DNA of 64,000 nucleotides, taken from Caldisericota bacterium. GTDB taxonomy: Bacteria > Caldisericota > Caldisericia > JAAYUI01. Position numbers and translations under genes: made by a program. The stretch spans positions 224,001 to 288,000 of the forward strand of contig JAKPMO010000002.1 in NCBI GenBank assembly GCA_029548865.1, read 5' to 3'. This document shows positions 19,119 to 28,403 of this stretch, one piece after another (the stretch's first letter is position 1; every line of letters begins with the position of its first letter). A model generated the notes under the pieces. That model had not been told where the DNA came from, ran no database searches, and saw nothing but the letters and a program-made list of their open reading frames with translations.

Positions 19119-20215
19119 TTAACTAGCTCAACCATCCTGATGACCCAATTTGCTGATGCCTCAAGATCTGAAATTCGTAAAAATTCATCTTTTGAATGTG
19201 GATTTTCAAAACCGACACCAACAACAACGGATGCAAGCCCTTTGGCATTGAAGATATTGGAAACTGATCCGCCACCAGAGCGCACAAATTGGGGTTTTAG
19301 ACCAACATCTTTGGCGGCTTGGGCGACAAGGGACGGAAGCGGGTCTGTTTCGCTAAATTTATATCCCATAAAAACCCGTTCCTTTGAGACTTCTATTGTA
19401 GCGCCAACTTTTTTGGCCTCTTCTTCAAACCTGTCAAGCATGTGCTTGGTTTGGGCGTTCAGTTTAGCTTCGTCCCTTGATCTTGCTTCCATTTCAACTT
19501 TGCATTCCTCGGGGACGATGTTATTGGCCTTGCCGCCACTTATGATGCCAACGTTTGAAGTTGTTTCGTCATCAATTTTGCCGAGCTTCATTGACGCTAT
19601 TGCTTTTGAAGCAATGACAATGGCTGAGATGCCCTTTTCAGGAGCGATTCCTGCATGTGATGGTTTGCCCTTGATCGTAATCTTGCAAACATCTTGGTAT
19701 GGGGCAGCAATGTTTATTCTTCCGGGTGCACCATCAACATCCAAGATTACCGAATATTTGCTTTCCAGTTTTGACGTATCAAACTGTGCGGCGCCCCTTA
19801 GGCCTACCTCTTCGCAGATATCAAAGACAACCTCTATTGTTGGGTGTGGTTTGTCTTTGATGCATTCAAACATTTCCAGGATGCAGGCTAAACCGGCCTT
19901 GTCATCGGCACCGAGGATTGTTGTTCCATCTGAGCGTATTATTCCATCAGCAATTTGTGGTTTTATGCCAATGCCAGGAACAACTGTGTCCTGGTGTGAT
20001 GAGAACGCTATGGAACCAGGCAGGCTCCCTTTGAGCCTGCCCATGATGTTTCCACTGTTGGACCCGATTTTACTTCCGGCATCGTCTACCCACACTTCAA
20101 GGCCCAGTGATCTCAACTTGGCCACGAGGTAGTCGGTCACCGGCTTTTCTTTTCCTGATTCAGACGGGATCTGGACAAGGTCGAGAAAAGTTTTGAGGAG
20201 TCTTTTGCTATCCAT
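19115..20215 (-). CDS. M20 peptidase T-like metallopeptidase
   Basis: SSHQDTV, LGADDKAG, ICEEVGLRGA, NPHS; start ATG20215 overlaps the upstream stop. Confidence 0.92.
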   Translation of the reverse strand: MDSKRLLKTFLDLVQIPSESGKEKPVTDYLVAKLRSLGLEVWVDDAGSKIGSNSGNIMGRLKGSLPGSIAFSSHQDTVVPGIGIKPQIADGIIRSDGTTILGADDKAGLACILEMFECIKDKPHPTIEVVFDICEEVGLRGAAQFDTSKLESKYSVILDVDGAPGRINIAAPYQDVCKITIKGKPSHAGIAPEKGISAIVIASKAIASMKLGKIDDETTSNVGIISGGKANNIVPEECKVEMEARSRDEAKLNAQTKHMLDRFEEEAKKVGATIEVSKERVFMGYKFSETDPLPSLVAQAAKDVGLKPQFVRSGGGSVSNIFNAKGLASVVVGVGFENPHSKDEFLRISDLEASANWVIRMVELVK

Positions 20216-20753
20216 TGATGTCAAAATTGAGGCCTGCATCGAGGACTTGCAGGTTGATTGGCAGATATTTTGCCTTTGCTTCACCAAGGGTTTGCTTGAT
20301 AGCTTCTTTTGTTGATTCCACCTTGACTGCGCCAGTTGCCTTGACCACAATGCCAAGAATAACTATGTTTGCGGCCTTTGCCATTCCTGCTTTTTCAGCT
20401 ATTTCGTTTGCAGGAACATAGATCGTCTTTATGTCGGTCCTTTTGGCTTTTTCTTTTATGAGGGAGGAGTTGACGATGAGGATTCCGCCTGGGGCAACGA
20501 GGGGTTCAAAAGTCTTGAGCGACGGAAGGTTCATTACCACGCACACCTTTGGATGTGGGAGTACCGGGGAAGCGATTGGTTCATTGGAGATGACTATTGC
20601 GCAATTTGCTGTTCCACCCCTCATGGCCGGGCCATAGGAAGGAAGAAATGTGGCATAATTGCCTTCAAGAACGCCCGCTTCGGCAAAGAGCTTGCCAAGC
20701 ATCATTATTCCCTGTCCGCCAAATCCGGCGGCGACAAGTTCGTGTTGTGCCAT
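20208..20753 (-). CDS. 2-oxoacid:ferredoxin oxidoreductase gamma subunit
   Basis: AGFGGQG, PSYGPAMRGGTANC. Confidence 0.93.
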   Translation of the reverse strand: MAQHELVAAGFGGQGIMMLGKLFAEAGVLEGNYATFLPSYGPAMRGGTANCAIVISNEPIASPVLPHPKVCVVMNLPSLKTFEPLVAPGGILIVNSSLIKEKAKRTDIKTIYVPANEIAEKAGMAKAANIVILGIVVKATGAVKVESTKEAIKQTLGEAKAKYLPINLQVLDAGLNFDING

Positions 20754-21496
20754 CAGAGTCCCTCCGCAACTTTGAATTCACCGAGAGGATAATACTTCAT
20801 TGTTTCCTCTTTGACCCTCTTGAGTGCATCAACTGGGGTCATTCCCCAGTTTGTCGGGCAGGTGGAGAGAATTTCAACTATAGAATAGCCAAGGCCCTTG
20901 ACCTGTGCAGTAAAGGCTTTTTTGATTGCAGCCTTTGTTTTGTTGATTCCAGGAACAGAAACAACATCTGTTCTGGCTATATAGGCTGGACCATTGAGCT
21001 GGGCGAGCATCTCGGAAACCCTGATTGGATAACCATTTGCCTGTGCCGTTCTTCCGTACGGGGAAGTCTCGGTTTTCCAGCCCATCAGTGAGGTTGGGGC
21101 CATCTGTCCGCCGGTCATTCCATAAATGCCGTTGTTGACGAAAATGGTGGTGATGAGTTCACCCCTGGTGGCTGCGTGGACCATCTCGGCGGCGCCGATT
21201 GAAGCGAGGTCACCATCTCCCTGATAGGTCATTACAAACCTGTCCGGGAGGGCTCTTTTGACGCCAGTGGCAACGGCCGGTGCACGACCATGGGCCGACT
21301 GGACTGAGTCAAAAGCGAAATAATCGACTGCAAGTGTGGAGCAACCGACTGGAAGAACGATGATTGCCTTCTGGAGGAGATCCATCTCTTCGATTACTTC
21401 GGCAACGAGTCTGTGGATAATGCCATGTGTACATCCTGGGCAATAGCTCCTCGGGATGTCCATGAGTGGAGTCGGCATGTGATTGAGCTGTTCCAT
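20753..21496 (-). CDS. 2-oxoacid:ferredoxin oxidoreductase beta (TPP-binding) subunit
   Basis: YCPGCTHG, HGRAPAVATG, QGDGDL...NNGIYGMTGGQ, CPTNW. Confidence 0.93.
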   Translation of the reverse strand: MEQLNHMPTPLMDIPRSYCPGCTHGIIHRLVAEVIEEMDLLQKAIIVLPVGCSTLAVDYFAFDSVQSAHGRAPAVATGVKRALPDRFVMTYQGDGDLASIGAAEMVHAATRGELITTIFVNNGIYGMTGGQMAPTSLMGWKTETSPYGRTAQANGYPIRVSEMLAQLNGPAYIARTDVVSVPGINKTKAAIKKAFTAQVKGLGYSIVEILSTCPTNWGMTPVDALKRVKEETMKYYPLGEFKVAEGL

Positions 21497-22569
21497 TACT
21501 TTGCCTCCTTCATAAGTTTAAGCATTACTTCGGAGATCTCGTTTGGTTCTGGCAGCATGCCACCCTGGCGACCATAGAAATGGACCGGTTTCTTGAATTC
21601 TGTTGAGAGTTTGACATCTTCGATCATCTGGCCAAAGCTCAGCTCAACATCAAGGAAGAACTTTACTCTTGGGTTTTCGGCCAGAGCAAGGAGCTGTTTC
21701 TTGGGGAACGGGTAAAGGGTGATTGGTCTTATGAGGCCAACTTTGTGTCCCTTTGAACGGAGGTCCTTGATTACGGTCTTGATGATACGGGCAACGGTGC
21801 CGTATGCCACAAAAACGTATTCTGCATCGGCTGTTTCGACCTCTTCAAACTTTACTTCGTTCTTTTCGACATCGGCGTATTTTGCCCACATCTTCTTGTT
21901 CATCACTTCCAGGCCTTCTGGAAGAAGGTCGAATGAATTAACAAGGTTCCTGGACCTCTTGCCTTGCATGCTGTCGGCTGCCCATGGTTTCTTGGGGAGC
22001 TTTTCGATGTCAACAAAACCTGGGAATTCCACTGCTTCCATCATCTGTCCCAAGAGACCGTCGGAGAGCATCATTACCGGGTTGCGATACTTGTCGGCAA
22101 GATCGAAAGCTAACTGCATCAAATCAATACTTTCCTGGACGGTTGATGGTGCGAGGACTATGAGATGATAGTCTCCGTGTCCGCCGCCTTTTACGGCCTG
22201 GAAATAATCGCCCTGTGCTGGTGCAATATCGCCAAGACCTGGGCCGCCTCTAACAACATTCATCACTACCACTGGCAATTCTGAGCCTGCTATGTAAGAA
22301 AGTCCTTCCTGCATGAGTGAGATGCCTGGTGAGGATGATGTTGTAATGACTCTTTTGCCTGCAGCTGCGCATCCATAGAGCATATTAATGGCTGCAACTT
22401 CTGATTCTGCCTGCAAAAATGTTCCATTTACCTCTGGAAGACGCCTTGCCATGTATGCTGGCGCTTCATTTTGTGGGGTGATTGGATAGCCAAAAAAATG
22501 ACGGCAACCTGCCCTTATGGCAGCTTCACCGATAGCTTCGGCACCCTTCATTAAAAGTTTTTCGCCCAT
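21496..22569 (-). CDS. vorB: 2-oxoacid (2-ketoisovalerate-type) ferredoxin oxidoreductase alpha subunit
   Basis: FGYPITPQ, QAESEVAA, SSSPGISL, RGGPGLG, KGGGHGDY. Confidence 0.9.
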   Translation of the reverse strand: MGEKLLMKGAEAIGEAAIRAGCRHFFGYPITPQNEAPAYMARRLPEVNGTFLQAESEVAAINMLYGCAAAGKRVITTSSSPGISLMQEGLSYIAGSELPVVVMNVVRGGPGLGDIAPAQGDYFQAVKGGGHGDYHLIVLAPSTVQESIDLMQLAFDLADKYRNPVMMLSDGLLGQMMEAVEFPGFVDIEKLPKKPWAADSMQGKRSRNLVNSFDLLPEGLEVMNKKMWAKYADVEKNEVKFEEVETADAEYVFVAYGTVARIIKTVIKDLRSKGHKVGLIRPITLYPFPKKQLLALAENPRVKFFLDVELSFGQMIEDVKLSTEFKKPVHFYGRQGGMLPEPNEISEVMLKLMKEAK

Positions 22570-22578
22570 TTATAAAAC

Positions 22579-23631
22579 CTACTTTCCTGAGAATTCCAGA
22601 GAGACTGGCTCTGTTGTGTAGACATGTGAGACGCCTTTCTGGTTGTCGAAGAGTGAGAGACCAAACAGATAAAAGCCTCCATCTTCAAGTTTGTGCGCAA
22701 ACTGGACCTGAGTCGGGTTTGCTGTTACGAGTTTCCTTTTAAACTCGACTGTCCAGGCTTTAGCCTGATCATCATATTTTGCCTGGCAAGCAACATCGCC
22801 TGTGCCAGGATTTTTTATGTAATATGGAACCATGAGACCCGCTGGCAGTCCTGTAGTGTCGGCGGGTACTTCAACCATTTTTGAAAGATCGCCAATAGTC
22901 ATCAGAGAGTATGGGATTGTAAGTCTCTGCATAAATTCAGGGGACCTGGCATTGCGTTTGTTTATATAAAGCGAGCCTGGGAAATATGAGTAGGCGCTTG
23001 TAGTTTCGAAGGTTTCTCCCTTTGGATCAACAGAGTTTGCCAATGGACCCACCACGTAATCATTTGCAGTGCCAAGTTGACCTGATTCTGCTGACATCCA
23101 TGTCCAGATATCGATGAATTCACCTTTGTCATTGGTGGCCATGTAGGAGTTATCATGGCAAAGCACTGAACAGCCCTGCTTTGTAAATTCTTTTATCGGT
23201 GATGCTTCAAAGCCGAGAGCGAACATGTCTTGTTTTGGGAGTGAAGTTCCTGATTTGAACGTTCCGCCTTCCCTGACCTCCCATGGTTTCCCACCGATGT
23301 CCATGGACTCATCTGCCCATGATGCAAGAAGGAAGAAATTTTCATCATCAAAAGCTGCTTTGAGAGTAACTTCATAGGTGTTTGCGCTATCCGAGACCTT
23401 GACGATGGTTGATTGGGCATTTGCCCAGGCCTCGTCGAGTTCTGAAGCAACTCCGTCAATCCTTGGCGCCAGCTCTGTGTACTCTGCAGTCACAACAGTG
23501 CCTGTTGGGGCTGATTCATAGGGTGCCGGAACGCTTGATGAAACGCTGACCGGCACAGAACCGCCACAACCTGCGGAAAAGGCGATTGCTACAAGGGCGA
23601 TGCACGAAATGATAATGCTGGTTTTCCTCAT
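22579..23631 (-). CDS. Lipoprotein with an ethylbenzene-dehydrogenase-related (DOMON-like heme-binding) domain
   Basis: Lipobox FSAGC; APRIDG, GCSVLCH, DIWTW, WTVEFKRKL, FGLSLFD. Confidence 0.75.
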   Translation of the reverse strand: MRKTSIIISCIALVAIAFSAGCGGSVPVSVSSSVPAPYESAPTGTVVTAEYTELAPRIDGVASELDEAWANAQSTIVKVSDSANTYEVTLKAAFDDENFFLLASWADESMDIGGKPWEVREGGTFKSGTSLPKQDMFALGFEASPIKEFTKQGCSVLCHDNSYMATNDKGEFIDIWTWMSAESGQLGTANDYVVGPLANSVDPKGETFETTSAYSYFPGSLYINKRNARSPEFMQRLTIPYSLMTIGDLSKMVEVPADTTGLPAGLMVPYYIKNPGTGDVACQAKYDDQAKAWTVEFKRKLVTANPTQVQFAHKLEDGGFYLFGLSLFDNQKGVSHVYTTEPVSLEFSGK

Positions 23632-23803
23632 TGACCTCTCCTTTGGTTACATTAAAAAAGCCCTCTCCATAAAATATCATTAAGAAGAAGGCTCATGTTT
23701 CTCACATCAATTTTTTATCACGCAGAAAAATAAGAGTCAAGGAGCCTTCTGGCTTGACAATACAAAGGTTTAACATAATTTCAATAATGCAGGAGGTTTA
23801 AAA

Positions 23804-25081
23804 ATGAAAAGGTTTTTGTGCTTCGCGTCCTTGATCGTTATCCTCGCCTCATGTGGCGGAGAGGTTGAAGAAAAGATAGATACTACGCTGTGGGCAGGTT
23901 CTGGTGGGGACACCATGAGATCGTCCCTCGCGGCAGGTGAAATTGTAGCTCCCTTTGGCAAGATGTGGGAGACGGAAATCAATGGGCTTGGAGTGAGCTC
24001 TGTTGCTGTGGCGCTTGTCCCTCCTGAGGAAGAAAAGGGTCGCCTGACCGCAGTCTACAGGCTGGTAATTGCCTCAGGAAATGATGGCGCTGTCTATGGT
24101 ATTGATTTTGACACCGGCATGAAGATGTGGGAAAAGAGACTTGAAGGCATGACGGGTAACCCCCTCTACTACAGTGGCAAGGTCTTTATTTCAACCACAA
24201 AAGGTTTCTGGCATTGCCTCAGTGCATGGACAGGGGATGAGATATGGTCGGCAAGATACTCCGAGAAGGAACTTGAAAGACCAGACAATGCAACAGCTGT
24301 GGTCTATTCTGGAAAGCTGTATTGTGCCCATTCGAATGGCGTACTTTTCTGTTTTGATACAAATAAGGGAACCGAGTTGTGGAAAAAAGTTTTCAAGGAC
24401 TCGATACAGTGTTCTCCAGTTGTGGTTGAGGACAAAATTATCCTTTCCACTTACGAGATGAACGTTATTGCCCTTGACCCCAATAATGGCAACGAGCTTT
24501 GGAACTCAAAGATAGAAAGTCCTGTCACAACCACGCTTATTTCGGATGGAAAGCTGGTATTTGCTCCGCAAGCTTTTGGCGTAGTCTCTGCATTTGATGT
24601 AGTAGATGGTAAAGAAGCCTGGAAAATAAAAGCCTGTGAAACAATAGCTTATTCGCCATGCCTCACCAAAAGTGGATTAATGGCTATTCCCGATAAAAAA
24701 GCAGGAAAAATAGTTTTTGTCAGGTTGTCCGGCGGGACTGTGGATTCAGAAGTAAAGGTCCCATGGCCATCATCGGGGCTTGTGGCGGCAGGCGAGATGG
24801 TCTGCTTTGCAGCGGAAGATGGGAAGGTTTACACCGTTGATGCTGCAAAAAAACAGGCCATAGAGTCTTTCGATTTTGGAACAAAGGGTGCTGATAACAG
24901 GTACAAAAAGTTTGGAGACCCCTGCATTATACAGGGGAGACTCTTTATATCCGATGGCGCATCCAAACTTTACATGTTTGTGCCCAAGGGTTTTGAGCCA
25001 ACAAAGATTGAGAATGGAAACACAATAATTCCCAGCAACAACCAGCCAAAAGAGATAGTGCCACCAAAAAACAATCCCTAG
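23804..25081 (+). CDS. PQQ-like beta-propeller lipoprotein (BamB-like repeats)
   Basis: Lipobox LASC; repeated xDxxxGxxxW motifs; RBS AGGAGG. Confidence 0.88.
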   Translation: MKRFLCFASLIVILASCGGEVEEKIDTTLWAGSGGDTMRSSLAAGEIVAPFGKMWETEINGLGVSSVAVALVPPEEEKGRLTAVYRLVIASGNDGAVYGIDFDTGMKMWEKRLEGMTGNPLYYSGKVFISTTKGFWHCLSAWTGDEIWSARYSEKELERPDNATAVVYSGKLYCAHSNGVLFCFDTNKGTELWKKVFKDSIQCSPVVVEDKIILSTYEMNVIALDPNNGNELWNSKIESPVTTTLISDGKLVFAPQAFGVVSAFDVVDGKEAWKIKACETIAYSPCLTKSGLMAIPDKKAGKIVFVRLSGGTVDSEVKVPWPSSGLVAAGEMVCFAAEDGKVYTVDAAKKQAIESFDFGTKGADNRYKKFGDPCIIQGRLFISDGASKLYMFVPKGFEPTKIENGNTIIPSNNQPKEIVPPKNNP

Positions 25082-25732
25082 CGGTTTTTTGATATTTCCT
25101 GCAGGATTTTTCTTGGCCCTATTGCAATCAGCAGGTCGTCACTATCGAGAGTTTGCATTGGATCGGGGGGGGATGAGTACCTCGTCCCCCCTTCTGATTG
25201 CTATTATGGTAGTCTGTTTCTCTTTCCTTAAATCCAGGTCAAGGATCTTCTTCCCCACCATGTAGTTTGGTGCCTGAAATTCGTATATTGCATACTCGTC
25301 GGAGATTTCTATGAAATCCAGGAACGAAGTTCCCGTTATCCTATTGGCTATCCTGACGGCCATGTCCTGCTCCGGGAAGAAGATGTCGTCTGCCCCAATT
25401 TTTTGCAGGACCCTGGCATGGATGGCACTTTCCGCTCTGGCAATGATGAAGCCGACTCCAAGGTCCTTTAGCGTTTGTGTCAGGAGGATGTTTGATTCGA
25501 TGTTTTTTGCAAAACCGATTACTGCAACATCGCATTGGGTCACACCTGAGTCCCTGAGTTCCTGCTCGTTGATTGTGTGCAATCTGATTGCACTGGAAAC
25601 AAGTCCTTCAATCTGGTTTACCTTTTCAGGGTCGGTGTCAACCGCAAGTACCCCGTAGCCCTTTCTTTCAACTTCTGTGGCCAGGGCCATTCCAAACCGG
25701 CCAAGCCCGAACACTGCAACCTGAAGACCCAT
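25078..25732 (-). pseudogene. trkA: TrkA/KtrA potassium-uptake regulatory subunit, frameshifted at a G8 run (possibly a sequencing error)
   Basis: VFGLGRFG, KIGADDIFFPE. Deleting one base of G8 (25165-25172) restores IPPDPMQTLDSDDLLIAIGPRKILQEISKNR with a stop at 25078. Confidence 0.85.
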
Positions 25733-25765
25733 AAGGCACCTCCATTGCCAAATATAACACAATCC

Positions 25766-25793
25766 TTGACAGCATAAAGGGGGCATTTACAAT
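25766..25793 (+). promoter_or_regulatory. Sigma70-type promoter of the SCIFF operon
   Basis: TTGACA-16 nt-TACAAT, then RBS GGAGG and ATG25813. Confidence 0.7.
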
Positions 25794-25812
25794 GCTTCCG
25801 GAGGTAACAAGA

Positions 25813-25974
25813 ATGCGTATTAAAATAATTGCAAAGAAACCTGCCTGCAGCAACATTGATGACGAAAACTGCAGGGAATGCCAGACCCCGTGCAAATCAG
25901 CAGCCAAAACTGCAAACACAATTTCAAACCAGATTTGTGAGGCCAAGGGGGCAAATTCTCCCTGGATACTCTAG
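25813..25974 (+). CDS. scfA: Divergent SCIFF/ranthipeptide precursor (53 aa)
   Basis: CRECQTPCKSAAKTANTISNQICE is colinear with the SCIFF core; directly upstream of an rSAM/SPASM gene. Confidence 0.85.
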   Translation: MRIKIIAKKPACSNIDDENCRECQTPCKSAAKTANTISNQICEAKGANSPWIL

Positions 25975-27266
25975 GTAAAATCCACGCTTTCAAGTTTAAC
26001 GAAAAGACCCTGCTTTATGATTGCCAAGCGGGGTCTTTGCTTTTATTGGACGATGAGGCCCACGATCTTTTTACAAAAATAGAAGAGGGTTTTGATCCGT
26101 TTAGTTTGCCTCCCGGCGAGGCCAGGGAAATGGTTTTAGGGCTGATCAGTGAAGGCATAATTCTTTCCAAGGTTGATTATCCGAAGCCACAGAAGTTGTC
26201 CCCAAAGTCTTTGTGTCTCATAGTTTCTCATGCCTGCAACATGGCGTGCACCTATTGTTCCCTCTCCAAGGCTACCATTGAGGGCAAGCTGATGTCTCCT
26301 GAAACAGCAATCAAGGCCATGAAATGGCTGATTGATAATGCCCCTGGGACCAAGGTTGATGTGGACTTTTTTGGTGGAGAGCCCACGCTTGCCTGGAAAA
26401 CTGTCAAAGCGGTGGTCGATTTTTCCAAGGAATATTCAAAAACCAAGAGCAAAACGGTGCGTTTTTCCATGTCCACAAATGCGCTGGGTCTCACTGACGA
26501 GATGCTTGATTATTGCGATGAAAATTACATATCGCTCATTCTAAGTCTTGATGGCCCGAAAGCTGAAAATGACAGATGCAGGGTACTAAAAGATGGCAGG
26601 CCATCTTTTGATACTGTTTTGCCCAATATCATGAAGGTTGCCCAAAGAAGGCAAAGAGGGTGGTATGTAAGGGGTACATATTCAAAAGAAACCATCAACT
26701 TTTCTGATTCTGTCATTGCCCTTCACAAGATGGGCATCAACAACCTGGCTTTTGAGCCGGTTGTAAGCAACGACCCAAAAGTTGCTTTTTCGGAAAAAGA
26801 CATCCCTGCAATCAGAGAAGAATATGAAAAATTGGCCAGATATTATGTTGAGTGCAAAAAAACTGACATGCCAATAAAGTTTTACCACTTTGAAATGGAC
26901 CTGGAAAATGGCCCCTGTGCAAGAAAGTCTGCTGGTGGTTGTGGCGCCGGCGCAGAGTATCTGGCGGTATCGCCTGATGAGAAGATTTGGCCATGCCACC
27001 AGTTTGACACCGAAGAGGGTTTTTGCCTTGGAACGCTTGATAACCCACCCACACAGGCCATTTATGACGAATATACCATCAAAAACCATCTGACTGAAAA
27101 AAGAGAATGCCCTGACTGTTGGGCCTCATATCTTTGTTCTGGTGGCTGTATTGCCTCAAACAAATTGCAAGAGGGCGACGTTCTCCTGCCCTACAAAATG
27201 GGTTGCCTCATCCAAAAGATAAGGCTGGAAGCCGCCCTCTGGGTTTATTCTGAACTCAGGGAGTAA
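25962..27266 (+). CDS. scfB: Radical SAM/SPASM ranthipeptide maturase (CteB/ScfB-like), probable CTG start
   Basis: CNMACTYC, VDFFGGEP, SLDG, SPASM (CGAG..PCHQF..CPDCWASYLCSGGC). The N-terminal IHAFKFNEKTLLYD segment lies upstream of the ORF-track start. Confidence 0.9.
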   Translation: MDTLGKIHAFKFNEKTLLYDCQAGSLLLLDDEAHDLFTKIEEGFDPFSLPPGEAREMVLGLISEGIILSKVDYPKPQKLSPKSLCLIVSHACNMACTYCSLSKATIEGKLMSPETAIKAMKWLIDNAPGTKVDVDFFGGEPTLAWKTVKAVVDFSKEYSKTKSKTVRFSMSTNALGLTDEMLDYCDENYISLILSLDGPKAENDRCRVLKDGRPSFDTVLPNIMKVAQRRQRGWYVRGTYSKETINFSDSVIALHKMGINNLAFEPVVSNDPKVAFSEKDIPAIREEYEKLARYYVECKKTDMPIKFYHFEMDLENGPCARKSAGGCGAGAEYLAVSPDEKIWPCHQFDTEEGFCLGTLDNPPTQAIYDEYTIKNHLTEKRECPDCWASYLCSGGCIASNKLQEGDVLLPYKMGCLIQKIRLEAALWVYSELRE

Positions 27267-27645
27267 AAACCTCTTTTACAAGCACCTCAAGCTCGTCCAT
27301 CGTTTTGTCCAGCTCGTAGGTCGTTGTTGCTTCAGTCTGGTTGGAAGGGTCCTGGACCATTTTTCTTCTGGCAATCCACCCGGATTCGAACGAGGATGCA
27401 AGTTCTTTTATCCTGGCAACTTTTTCCGGTGTGGCATTTTTATATTTTCCAGATAACAAATCACCCATGTCCTGTATGAGCTTCAGATCATCACTGATGG
27501 CAAAATACCTTTTGTCCAGGTCACCCATTGCTGACCGTTTTTCTTTTTGTATCCTGTCCATAACAGACTTTTTAGTGAAGTAAAGTATTACTCCAAGTAG
27601 AATGCCTGCAACAACAGCGCCGAGTAAAAACAGCAATACATTCAT
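27256..27645 (-). CDS. Single-pass membrane protein coupled to pspA
   Basis: N-terminal TM; start overlaps the pspA stop. Confidence 0.75.
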   Translation of the reverse strand: MNVLLFLLGAVVAGILLGVILYFTKKSVMDRIQKEKRSAMGDLDKRYFAISDDLKLIQDMGDLLSGKYKNATPEKVARIKELASSFESGWIARRKMVQDPSNQTEATTTYELDKTMDELEVLVKEVFTP

Positions 27646-28304
27646 TATTTGCCTTTCAGTTGCTGGAGCCTCTTGTTGATTTCATCCTCCTCGTTTATCG
27701 AGGCGATCTCGTCATCAAGCGAATCGGCTGCAGAACCGAGTTCTGCCAGGGCCGCAACCTTGTTTTCTTTCTTGATGACCCTCTGCTCAAGCTCGTTGAA
27801 TGTTGTGCCAATGTCGGCAACATTGATGTTCCCCATTGTTTTGACGACCTTCTCTTGCGCTTTTGCCGCTTTGTTCCTGGCTATGAGCTCATCCATTTTT
27901 ACCTCAGCCTCTTCGATTTTGGCCTTGAGGGCGGCGATGACATCTTTGAGCTTTGCGTTCAGCTCAACTTGCCTGACATGTGACTCTTCTGCGCTCTTTT
28001 GCTGTTTCTCGAGCGTCAATACTCTGGCCATACATTTTTTTGCAAGCTCTTCCTTGCTTGCGGAAAGTGCCTGTTGCGCTGCATCATTGTACTTTTTGAG
28101 ATCAAACTTGATATCAGCGAGTCTCATTTCGGTCTGTTTTGAAACAGCCATCGACTCGGCGGCCGCATCAGTGGCTTCCACCAGGTCCTGCTTCATCTGG
28201 TCGATTTTGAGGGGAAGCATTTTCTCCGGGTCTTCCATCTTTGTCAACCAATCATTAACGTTTGATTGCAATATATCGCTGATTCTTTGCCAAAAACCTG
28301 CCAT
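27645..28304 (-). CDS. pspA: PspA/IM30 family protein
   Basis: MAGFWQRISDILQSNVN..EDPEKML, long coiled coil. Confidence 0.92.
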   Translation of the reverse strand: MAGFWQRISDILQSNVNDWLTKMEDPEKMLPLKIDQMKQDLVEATDAAAESMAVSKQTEMRLADIKFDLKKYNDAAQQALSASKEELAKKCMARVLTLEKQQKSAEESHVRQVELNAKLKDVIAALKAKIEEAEVKMDELIARNKAAKAQEKVVKTMGNINVADIGTTFNELEQRVIKKENKVAALAELGSAADSLDDEIASINEEDEINKRLQQLKGK

Positions 28305-28317
28305 TTAACACCTCCTT

Positions 28318-28358
28318 GGTATTGATTGTAACGTAATAAGCTGGTTACAATCAATACC
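28318..28358. promoter_or_regulatory. Perfect 15-bp inverted repeat, operator-like, between the divergent pspA and ABC genes
   Basis: GGTATTGATTGTAAC-11 nt-GTTACAATCAATACC. Confidence 0.7.
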
Positions 28359-28403
28359 CTTATACACTTGATACCAAAAAGTATTTGTGGCAATATTTGC
28401 CCC

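Noticed and set aside
19032..20132. 366-aa plus-strand ORF
   Set aside because: Antisense shadow of the M20 peptidase; no motifs of its own
27649..28308. 219-aa plus-strand ORF
   Set aside because: Antisense shadow of pspA; Ser/Leu/Phe-rich mirror composition
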